This document shows positions 51,311-62,221 of a stretch of DNA of 64,000 nt, one piece after another. Both the position numbers and the translations under genes were made by a program. Source of the DNA: Protoeuglena noctilucae (Eukaryota); assembly GCA_958009085.1 (NCBI GenBank), contig OY253670.1, positions 620,001 to 684,000 of the forward strand, written 5' to 3'. The notes under the pieces were generated by a model. That model had not been told where the DNA came from, did not search any database, and worked only from the letters and a program-made list of their open reading frames with translations. Numbering within the stretch: position 1 is the first letter of the stretch; every line of letters begins with the position of its first letter.

Positions 51311-52410
51311 ATGGCCGCTGCGGCTTGTTGCTCGTGCTCGAGCACGAGATCGCTCGGTTCATCGGGGCGGAGGCCAGGTGCGGCTTGTTTGCCCAGCTGG
51401 GGCCCCCATCTAGAGCAGCAGCTCAGGCTGCATGCACCGCGACGCCGCGATGACCGATCTGTTACACAACCCGCGCGCAGTGTGGTGCCGGGATGTGAGT
51501 CAGCGGGGCCCGGGGGCGCTGGCGGGGCGCGGACGGGCGGTCGCGATGGCCACCGCCAGGACGGGCCCGATCGTCGTGGTGGACAACTACGACTCGTTCA
51601 CCTACAACCTCGTGCAGGTGAGCGTGGCCTTTGGGTGTCCGACGCGACCGCTGCCTGCTCTCCGCGGCCATCGGCTGCACCAGCGCGACCGGCGAGGCCG
51701 CAGTACCTGGGGGACCTTGGCTGCGAGCTCGCGGTGTTCAAGAACGACGAGAAGAGCGTGGCGGAGATAATTGCGATGGAACCCAAGGGAATCATGGTAT
51801 CTCCTGGGCCCGGGAGGCCTGAGGACTCGGGAATCTCGTTGGAAATCATCGAGAAGGCGGGCCCGCTGGGCGTGCCCATCTTTGGCGTGTGCATGGGGCA
51901 CCAGGTGCGTGCGGCGCGGCCTCGAAACACGGAACGGGTGCGGTGTGATCATCGCGACTTTTTGCAAAGCCCGTCGTCCCACCGCAGTGCATCGGGCAGG
52001 TGTTCAAAGGGCGCGTGATCCGTGCGCCAAGCGGGGTGATGCACGGCAAGACCTCGCTCGTGTACCACAATAACGATGGTCTGCTGAAGGGTCTGCCGAA
52101 CCCCTTCCACGCGTGCCGCTACCACTCCCTCGTCATCGACCGGGACAGCTTCCCTGAGGTGCGGGCCTGAGGGGCGCTGCTGGCCCCGCCCGCACCGCCG
52201 GCGTCACGCCTCCGCGTAGCAACTGAGGCGACCCGTCGCGCTCTCGCCTCTCAGGACGAGCTGGAGGTGACGGCCTGGACGGAGGACAAGACGATCATGG
52301 GCGTGCGGCACCGGAAGCACACGGGCATTCAGGGGGTGCAGTTCCACCCCGAGTCCGTCATTACGGAATCCGGCGAGCTCATCGTCAAGAACTTTGTCGA
52401 CTCGCTGTGA
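51311..52410 (+). CDS. trpG: Anthranilate synthase beta subunit (class I glutamine amidotransferase), plastid-targeted
   Basis: [44 protein letters not shown]. Confidence 0.95.
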
Positions 52411-52460
52411 CAATGCCTGCCGTTTCAAGCGACGCGCCCCCCGCCTTCTCGGGACGTGCT

Positions 52461-53693
52461 CTAGCGGTAGTATGCCATGTGCTTGGACCCCAAGCCATAC
52501 GGCGCGGACAACGCCGGCACGTGCTCCTCCTCCTCGTCGAACCCCACGTCGTCCTCCTTGAGCCACGCCTCGATCGTCTCGAACATGCGAGCCTTGCCTT
52601 GCAAGACTTGCTCGGGCAGAACCTGCAGCGAGGTCGCGGCCCAGACGTCGTCGCTTTAAACCCCACCAAAGTAAGGTGGCCTCCCTAAGGCGCCGGCGGC
52701 GAGCGTCACCTCCTGCGCAGGCCCCGCCCGCTTCAGCTTCCCGTGCGCTGCGTAGGCGACGTGCGTAATCCACCGCTCCAGGCCGTCAAAGATGTGCGTC
52801 GCGTACACAATGGTGGCGCCCCTCTCCTCGCACTCGGAAACGAAGAAGTCGAGGAGGTCCATGCGGCCCACCACGTCCACGTCGACGGTAATCTCGTCGA
52901 GCAAGAGGACGCGGTAGGGCCGCAGCAGCCCCAAGCAGATCTGGACTCGGCGGCGCTGACCCTCCGAGACGCGGTTCATCCGCCACTCCAGGTCGATGTC
53001 GAGCATCTCGACCAGCCGGCGGCAACGTACTGGGTCGACGCCCGCAACGCCCGCAATCATCTGCCCCGCCGAGATGTCCGCCTGCAACGCGACATTGCTC
53101 CCCGCCACGGACGCGTCCCGCCTCCAGGCTGCGATGGTGACGCGCTTATGTGTCGGCACGCGACCCCAGCAGCGCCTGGCCCACCAAACATGCACCCGCG
53201 CACCTGCTCCCAAGTAGCTCAGCTCCCCGGTCGTCGTCAGCTCCAGGTCGTGGAAGGGTGGCCTCCCCAGCACTCTGCAGGCAGGGCGTGAGCAGCGAAA
53301 TCAGACGGGAATTGGCATAAGCGTTGGCCGCGCGCGTGGAGGACTCAGCACGCGGACCTGATGACGTCCTCCCCCACCAAGTGCTTCCCGGCCAGCAGCT
53401 GCAGCAGAGTGGTCTTGCCGGCTCCATTAGCTCCCAGCAAGAGGCATCGAGACCCCGCGGGGAGGCTCAGGGAGAAGTCGACGATGCAATTCTTCGCGCA
53501 ACCTGGGACAACGTGGGCCAAGCATTCTGCAGAACGCCCGCGTGGGGCCGGAGCGTCACAAGTCCCTGGCCAATCGCATACATGCATCTATTTCAAGCAA
53601 GCTGACGGCACCTGGATACGAGAACTGCAGCCCCCGGACGCGGAGGGCGTCTTCCGGTGCACCCGCCGGCTGTTGCACCTCCGCGAGAGCCAT
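52461..53693 (-). CDS. Soluble ABC ATPase, ABCI19/20/21 / CAF16-like
   Basis: [38 protein letters not shown]-terminal SKHMAYYR*. Confidence 0.93.
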
Positions 53694-54144
53694 GCCGGCG
53701 ATGCGTGTTTCTGGATGATCTGAATTATACGACAGCTTGCGCTTGCTGGTAGCGGCACGATTCAGAGGCAGGGGGGGAGGGGGGCGGGGACGGCACTGGA
53801 ACTATCGAACTATTGGTCGCGTTTCTAAGGGCAGCGGGAGGAAGCGCTGCTGTGGTAACAGTCAGGACTGGCTTACTCGTTATTGGGCAATCGCGGTGAA
53901 AGGACAAAGGGCAGCCAAACTTTCCTGACACAGTTCGTGCTATGAGCCTGGTCCGGGTCCGGCACCCGAGTCACGTTTCGGGACGACGGCCGTATTGCGC
54001 GCCGGTTTGCCAAAGCCCGAGAGGAGGCGCGTCAGAGGCCCCCCCGGCGGGGTCGTCCGTGGCTGCGAGGCGGGGCAGGGGGATCACGACGTCACGTGCG
54101 TCACGTTCTGCGAGAGTCATGCAGAGTCGTCCAACGGCCTCCGC

Positions 54145-57100
54145 CTAGCTCACCGCGGTCTCTGTTGGCGTCGCAGCGCCGCCGGTGTCGCCGCCGCCAC
54201 CCTGGCTCGGCAGCGGGGCCGTACCCTCCATGCCCAGCTCAGACGCCCGGCGGTTGAGTCGCTGCTCCAGGTCACTCAGCTTGGACACCTTTTTCTTCAG
54301 GTCAGAAAGCATGGAGAGGAACTCGGTGTGCTCGACGCCATGGGCTGACCCCGTCGATGCCCGGGAGGCTGCTCCGTCGATGGCCGCCACAAACTCTTTG
54401 ATGATCGCAGGCACGGCAGCTTCCATTTTCTGAGCCAAGAAGATGAAGTGGCGCTTCGGGTGCAACGCATGGGATCCGCGAGCCGCTCTCAGCGCTCCAG
54501 CAACAGCTTTTAGCATCCCAGCAGCCGCCGCCGGTGCTCCACCAGCAGCTCCCAGCCCCCTCTGCGTCCCCACCTGAATCTGCTCGAGCATGGTGTGTCC
54601 CCACTCCGGACCGACGTCCGCCTCGACGTGCGCTTCCCTGTCCATGCTGCGGCTCATCGTCACGAGGCGAGCCAGGACGCTCCTCCTGTCCTGGGCCGTA
54701 GGCGTCGTGCGTGGCTTGCTCAAGTCCATGCTCGCCTGTTGCAGCACGTTGCCAGACTCGGGGTCCAAGTCACTGCAAGGCACGGACGCAGAGGACGAAT
54801 TCAAGCACGAAAGAGCCACCTGGGTGGTACGCTCACCGCCGCTGCGGCGCAGTCACCCGAGCACTTGCAGCCGCGCGTCGGCGATGCGGAGCATGTAGAC
54901 CTTGGACGCCGGGAACAGCACCGTCATGTCGTTGAAATCCTCCTTGCTCAGCTTGAAGAGCTCGCAGGGCTCGATTGCATCCACATCCGCCACCCGCAGC
55001 GTCTCCTGGGGCGCACCGTCCACAGCATCGCTCACGCCTCGCCAGGCCACGAGCCACGGCGCGACTGGTCACATCGAGCGCTGCCTCGCCTTGAGGATCG
55101 CGATCTCGCCGAAGTAAGACCCGGGGCCGAGCACCGTCACAGGCATGCCCTTGATCGAGACCTGCACGTGGCCCGAGTCGATAAAGTACATGCAGTCGCC
55201 GATCTCGCCACGAGACATGATGCGGTCTGACGGGAGGAACACCTCAGGCTCCAACTGCGGGGACGGGAGGCGGCAGAAAGTGACCGTCTCGGTCAATGGT
55301 AGGGGGCCTGGCTGGGGCCGTGGCTGGGGGCCTGGCTAGGGCAAAACACGGCGCTCCACGCGCCTTGGTGACGATCGCGTTGATGAAGCCGCGGTCCGCG
55401 TTCTGGAAGAAGGGCACCGTGCCGACGACCGACTGGGCGTTGTGCCGCGCGACCTCGATCCTGCGGGCGCCACGGCGGCTCAGTTCTTTGCACGAGTTGA
55501 CGCGACGTGCCGTGAGACATCCCGCAGCACAATATCATGCCCCGCAGCACGATATGCTTTTCTCCTCACCTGAGCGACGTCGTCATCATGTCCAGAACCT
55601 CGTGCTCTTTCATGAACTTGCCCGACGCCCAGCGGAACTCGTGGTTCTCGCGGATGCGCGCCCGGAGGTCGAGAGGCAGGTTGCGCATGAGCATGTACTG
55701 GTTCAGCACGGCGACTTGCCTCCTGCGGGGGGGCCGACACGCGCGTGTTGCAGACACAGCGGACGAGGGGCTTCGCACCTGCACAGATGGCCCTGGCAGG
55801 TGCTGATGGGTCCGCACCTGTACTCCGAGTCAAGAGAGTCCATCTGAACGAGGAGCGTGGTGATGACGCCGGCCAGCGTGACGAAGAGCCCGGACCCCAT
55901 GAGGATGGAAACGGACGTGACCCATGTCTCCGCGGTGCGTAAAGGGCCCGTGCCCGGAGAGCCGTAGCCGATGCACATCATGTTGGAGACGGTCTTGAAG
56001 AAGGCGTACGAGTACTGGACGAAGGCGGGCCTGCCGATGATGCCCGCGACCTCGGGCCAGCAGTTGTGAGGGAAGTTCTGCGCTGCAGCCACCAGGAACT
56101 GAATGCAGCAGTTCCAGTGGCAGTAGATGAGGATGATGCTCTGCGGGAGAGGTGGAAAGCACCCCTTGGCGTACTCACTCGTGTCGCATTTACTACAGCC
56201 CAACGGACCCAGTCGTCCAACACGGCGACGTCGAGGCTGCACCCCAACGCGCCAGCTGTGCCCACGCACCACGAGCTTGAGCATTCGTGAAACGAAGTTA
56301 GAGAAGTTGGAGAAGAAGTCGAACTTGCTGAGGTAGCGGCTCCACTTGGAGACCCGCAGGAGCCTGCAAGGGCGACGTGCTATACAACACTTGACACGTC
56401 GCTCGAGGTAGCCAGGGCCGCAGTGGCCGCACACGGTGCGCATGCTAGCGGCGCACTGGTCAGCCCAGTAGTTGACATCACCGAGCTGCGGCGCGGCTGG
56501 CGCCGGGCTCGCCTGAGCAGCTTGGAGAGGCGGATGATTCGGAGAACCTTGGGGAGGCGCTGCACCTGGCCCCGGGAGTTGGCCGAGCTGGAGAGGAGGA
56601 TGAGGTCGAGCGGGACAGAGGAGATGAGGTCGCTGAAGAACCAGCCCTTGAGGTAGTTCACCGCGATGCGCTTCCGGTCCACCACCAGGACCTGGTCGAG
56701 CGACTGCAGGTACCCCGTGTTGAAGTTGGCGACGATGTCGGCGATGAAGAAAAAGTCGATGATGATGTCGATGACGGTCCAGGCCAGCTCCTGGCTCCGC
56801 CCCAGGGTGTTCGCGGCACCCTGGCTCCAGAAAAAGGCGAGGCGGACAGGAAGCACGATCATGGTCCACAGCACGAGCGCCAGGATGGTGAGGTCCCACC
56901 ACTTGCGGAAGGACGAGAGCGGGTGGATGACGATGTCGTACCAACGCTCGATGGGCTTGTCGAGGTTTGGATCCCGCTCGTCCACTGTCATGAACTTGTA
57001 CTTGTTGGCGTAAATGGCCGGCATCCCAAACACCCTGCGGACCACGTCACGTCAGTGCAAAGGTCGCACGGAGGCCGGGGTCGCTCTCTCTCGACCCCGT

Positions 57101-58242
57101 CAATGCCGCCGCGTGGGTGGGTGCCGCGCCCAGGCGCCCATCGTATGTCCACCTGCTTACCGGACGAAAAAGAGCTTCATGCTCTCCCCGGGCGCAGACG
57201 CATCCGAATTTCGAAAGGATCCCTGCCGGGCACTCGAGCCCGCCACCGCCTTGCTCGTCGGCTCCGCTGGGCCAGACCAGGAGCCACCTGCACCTGCGGG
57301 AGCGCGCGCAGACCGCTTGCGGAACCGAGAGCGCTCGAGAGCGCAAGATGTGCCAATGACCCGCCGGCATGGCATCACCTGCGGCCGCGTCGTGTGGCGA
57401 GACCCCGATCTCGCCCAGCGCGAGGTCGTGCTTGGACATCGAGGAAGACATGGACATGATCCGCTGAGAGTTGCTCTCTGCGCCATGACCCGACGTCTTG
57501 AACATCATGTTTTGCTTGGAGATGGAGGACAAGGTCATCAGGCGTCGCGAGGGCGGCTGCGCCATGGGGACCTGCATGGCACCGTGATTCGGATTTACGT
57601 GGTTCATCTCTCGTGAACATGTCGTATCGACAGAAGAAAGTCCAAGCCATGCGTCCGATGGGCGCAACGCAGGTGTCAAAGCTGCGCACCTTGGTTTCGC
57701 TGCGCGGGCTGCCGGGAGCGTCCTCCTCGGCAGGCCGCTTCCAGCTTGACTGCCGTACCTGCGAAAAAAGGGTGCCATGGCGTCACTGCTTGCGCCCCAC
57801 AGTGCAGGCAACGCCCCGAATGTGAACTGCTGTTAACTACCCAGAGCATCCCCTTCCGGAGGAAGGGAAGGGCCATGCAAAGTGCCCCGATATCGCCCTT
57901 ATGCCTCACCACCGTGCGGAACTCGCGGTCGAGCTCCTTGGCCCGCTTTTTGCCTGTCATATCCCGCTCCCGGTCCACATAGGACCCCCGCGGCGACGTC
58001 TGGCGCCGCATATTGAAAGAGGAGTTGCCCGTGTCGCTAAACTTGTTTGCGCTGGGCGAGTTGGGAACTCCGTGCACGCTCCCGCCCGCGGCCGCCCCGT
58101 CCCCGCCATGGACAGATGTGTCGGCCCGCCGGCGCGAGGTGGCCCGTTCAACGCGCGTATCATCAGCGCTGGTATTCCATCCAGGGGTGCCGCGAACCGA
58201 GCCGCCGTCGGCTGCCCCCACCCGATCCCCGGGGGCGCTCAT
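54145..58242 (-). CDS. HCN-like cyclic-nucleotide-gated voltage-sensor channel, copy 1
   Basis: IHPLSSFRKWWDL, S4 RLPKVLRIIRLSKLLRLLRVSKWSR, HWNCCIQFLV, pore NMMCIGYG, C-linker, CNBD GSYFGEIA...R; last exon end uncertain. Confidence 0.92.
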
Positions 58243-58464
58243 CGCCCTTGCACACTAGGCAGGGTGCGTTGGGCACAAGAAGACCGCGTTCAAACCTAAC
58301 GCGTGCTTCACCGGACTTCGCTCTCGACTATCACGTGTTTGTATCAGCAAGCTCCGGTCACTCCACGCAAAGCAGCGCGCAGGCTGAGTAGTCCGAAACG
58401 GCAAGACAGGGGGAGAAGAGGGGGGAGGGCACAGCCAGCCGAAGGTGTTTCTAGTTCCTACAGG

Positions 58465-61461
58465 CTACCGCATGTCCTTGGACCCAAATCGGTAGTGCAA
58501 AAACGACTTCCCCTGCAGATTGCTCTGCGGAAGCGGGGGCCCTCCAGACATCGTCAATATGCGGCGCTTCATGCTTGCCAGCGTCGTGAGGAACGCGTCC
58601 TGGGGCGAGTGCTGGGAATGGCTGCCGGTGCCCAGGGAGGACGAACCATCCGCGGAGCTTCGCGCAAACTCCCTGCACAGCGCCGGCACAACCTTCTCCA
58701 GCTTCTGCGATGCAAGGGGGAAGGCAGGGACGTTGCTGCAGCCCAGAGGGTCGCTCGTGCGGGCGGCCATAAGGCAGCACCCTCTCACCTCAATCTCCCG
58801 CAGCGCAACGTTGCCCTTGTCAATGCTGGCTCGAGCCAGGTCCTCGTCTTCCTTGACCGTGCTCAAAACCTCCTTCTTGCTGGGTTCGCTTGGTTTCCAT
58901 GACATCCCTCGCCCTTTCAGCGGATCCGCTTCCCTGCGGGCACCACACGACACCCCCGACCCTCATCTCCACCTCTGATAACTGCCATAACGACACCTGG
59001 CATTGCATCGCCACCCCTGCCCCGGGCCCACCTCAGCACCGCCAGACGTGCGTCGGCAACACGGTCCATGTACGCCCTGCTCCCCGGGAACATCCGCATC
59101 ATGTCCTCGAAGTCCGCCCTCCCCAGCTTGAACAGCTCGCACGGCTCCAGCGCATCGATGTCCGCCGCCCGCGGTGCGCTCTGCACACACAGCCACGACG
59201 CCGCCCTCAGGACCGCCCTCTCTACCCCCCTGCCGCTCGCGTCGCCCCGGCCCCGACACCCCGGCCCCGCCCCCGCACGCGCCCCACCTTCAGCAGCGCG
59301 ATCTCCCCAAAGTACGACCCCGTCCCTAGCACGCTCACGGGCCGCCCCCGAATCGACACCTGCACCAGCCCCATCTTGATAAAGTACATGTCCTCCCCCA
59401 GGTCCCCCATCTTGATGATCCGGTCCCCCGGCAGGTACACCTCCGGCTCCAGCTGCACCACAAGCCGAGCCGGGCACATGTGTCGGCCGTCGCAAGCCCT
59501 TGCTTCTCCACCCCCCAGCCGCCGCGCCACTCTGCACGACCCTGCCCCGCTCACCTTCGTCACGATGGCGTTTACGAACCCCGGGTCCGCGTTCTGGAAA
59601 AACGGCACGCTCCCCACAATGTCCCGCGCGTTGTGCAGCGCCACCTCGTTCCTGTGGGCGCCAGCTGCCACACGCCATGTGTCACGTCTGCCGTCCGCGA
59701 CTGATCGCGACTGGGCCGTCAGCCCGCACCCTGGCTCCGTCTCTACGCCCCCAGCGACACCAGCTGCGCCGCCCTTGCCCAGCCCGCCTCGCTCGCCTCA
59801 GCGCCGTGGGCAGCATGTCCATCACGTCCTGCTCTTTCATGAACTTGCCGGCCGCCCACTTGAACTCGTAGTTCTCGCGGATGCGCGCCCGCAGGCTCAA
59901 AGGCAGGTTGCGCATCAGCATGTAGTTGTTCAGGATCCCCACTTGGCTCCTGCAGGGAGCCTGACATGTGAATCTATGTCCCACACAGCACACGAAGCAC
60001 ACCCCTCGTGCACCGGCGCCCCCGCACGCCGCTGCCGGGTCCGCACCTGTACTCCTTGTCAAGCCCGTCCATGTCGACCACGAGAGACACGGTGAGACCG
60101 ACGATGATGATCCAGCAGAAGGTGTTGATGCAGAAAGCCACGTTGAGGTTCCAGGCCTCGGCGAACGTGAAGACGGCGTCGCCCGGGGACCCGTAGCCAC
60201 ACGAGATGGCTTGGGAGAGGGAGCGGTAGAGCGACCATGTGTACTGCGCAAAGACGCCCTCAAACAGCGCCCCGGACTTGACCGGCCAGCTCATGGCGGG
60301 GAAGTTGAGGATGGAGGGCACCAGGAACTGGATGCAACCGTTCCAATGATTGACGACCAAGAAGATGACCTGCGGTGAGGCATGGGTAGTATGCACGTCC
60401 ATAAGCACCATTGCTCGTCACAAAGCATGCCCAGGAGGGGCCCTGACACGCACCAGGTTGCGGATGATCTTGGGGACGAACCCCTGCATAACGAAGTGGA
60501 CGTCGTACTTTGGCAAGTAGCGGGCCACCTTGGTCGCACGTAACAGCCTGCGTGCAGCGTACTCGTCGGTCCGTGCATTCCTCTCTGGCAACATCTTGCG
60601 GGTTGCGAAGACAGGCCGCCTGTGGATGCAAGCGCGCATCACCTCAGCAGTCGCATGACCTTCAAAACCTTGAGGCCTTTGGAGATGCTCGATCCCCCCT
60701 CGTAGGCAGCTTCGGTACACACTAAGATGAGGTCAAGGGGGAGGCACGACACGAGGTCGACGGGGAACCATCCGGCAAGGTAGTTGCGGACGATCCGCCG
60801 GCGCGTCGTGACGAGCACTTGGTCTGGCTCCTCAAAGGAGGCGGTGTTGAAGTTGAGGAGGAGTTCGGTGATGAAGACGAAGTCGAGGGCGATGTTGAGG
60901 CACGAGAAGCCTGCGTTGGTGGCCGTGAGGAGGCCCTGGTGCCAGAAGAAGGCCTCGCGGACGGGGTCGACGACGACGGCCCACGTGGCCAAGGCGATGA
61001 TCACCAGGTCCCACCACTTGCGGAAGGACGAGAGTGGGTGGATGACGACGTCCCACCATCGCCAGCCGGGATCCTCGAGCGACGAGTCGCCGCCCACCGT
61101 CATGAACTTGTACTTGTCGGCGTACATGGCTGGCACGCCAAACACCCTGCGGACGAGCGACGGTTGCGTGTGAGGATGCAAGTCGGAAAGATGAGGGCGG
61201 GCAATACTGCTGTTTAAAGGCGCGCGTCAGACTCCAGGCCCATGTGCCCGCCCTGGTCCGCGTCTCGCACCTGACCATGAACTCCTGCCACCCGTCCCCC
61301 TTCTCCGCCGCGGACCCCACCGCCGACCGCGTGGGGCGCCCCTTAGGCACGCCGTCGCTTGCGCTCGCACGCAGGCCTCGCCCGGACGGCCCCGCCTCAC
61401 CGACGTCCAGGCCCGTTAGAGCCGGGTCCACAGCGACCTGCCGGACGGACGAGCTGCGCAT
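58465..61461 (-). CDS. HCN-like channel, copy 2
   Basis: Same exon structure as copy 1 across the channel core; HWNGCIQFLVP, pore SQAISCGYG, CNBD GSYFGEIALLK. Confidence 0.92.
59062..59924. repeat. About 863-bp near-identical direct repeat of 63051-63913
   Basis: Offset 3989; by eye one mismatch (59781 A vs 63770 C); includes three introns. Confidence 0.95.
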
Positions 61462-62221
61462 CACGGCAGCGACCTGAAGTGCAAGAGCGGATGCAAAAGG
61501 TAAGAGCTCCATCCAGCGCCCAGTGCGAAGCGTGAGGCGCTCAGGTGCCCTATTCGTCGCACCTTCACTGGCGAGGGGTCCTCCGAGCTCTGATAGACAG
61601 AATTCAGGCTCGCTCTCCTAGCCTGCACAAATCAAAAGGATGTGAACTCGCGTTTTCACGACGGTGCGCCCGCGCAGGAGAGGTGCAAGTCGCAGGGCAA
61701 CCCACCATGACTTGCACGTGGCGGTCCAACGCCCGTGCGTTCCGCTTCCCCGTGGGATCGCCCCGTGTAGAGCCTGCGATGAAGCTCTTTGCTGGCGTCA
61801 CCAATGCACACCAGGAAACGTCGCGTGAGCGGGGGACCCTCTGCCCCCGCGAGATATGGCAGTCACCTCCCGCTGGGGTAGCGAAGGACGCATCGCGGCC
61901 CGCGTCCCGGTCCATGGCCACCCTGACACAATCAACCGGCTCGTGGAGCCCACGTGGAGCCCACCGGCTACGTCGCGTCCTGCGACGCCCCGTGCGTGTA
62001 GCAGACGACCATGCACATACCACGGACCCCCTGGGACCACTGCGGCCCCTTCGTGCGTAAATTTCCTAATTCAAGCGAGTCACTTAATTGGCGACGCGTA
62101 AACTGCCTTCCTCGATGCGACTGGGGTGCAAACCCTGCTGCCAGATGGACGACTAGCCTAACTGAACTGGTAGTGGGAAAGAGCATAACGGAGTGGAAAC
62201 ATGCGCACGCGACGACAGGTC

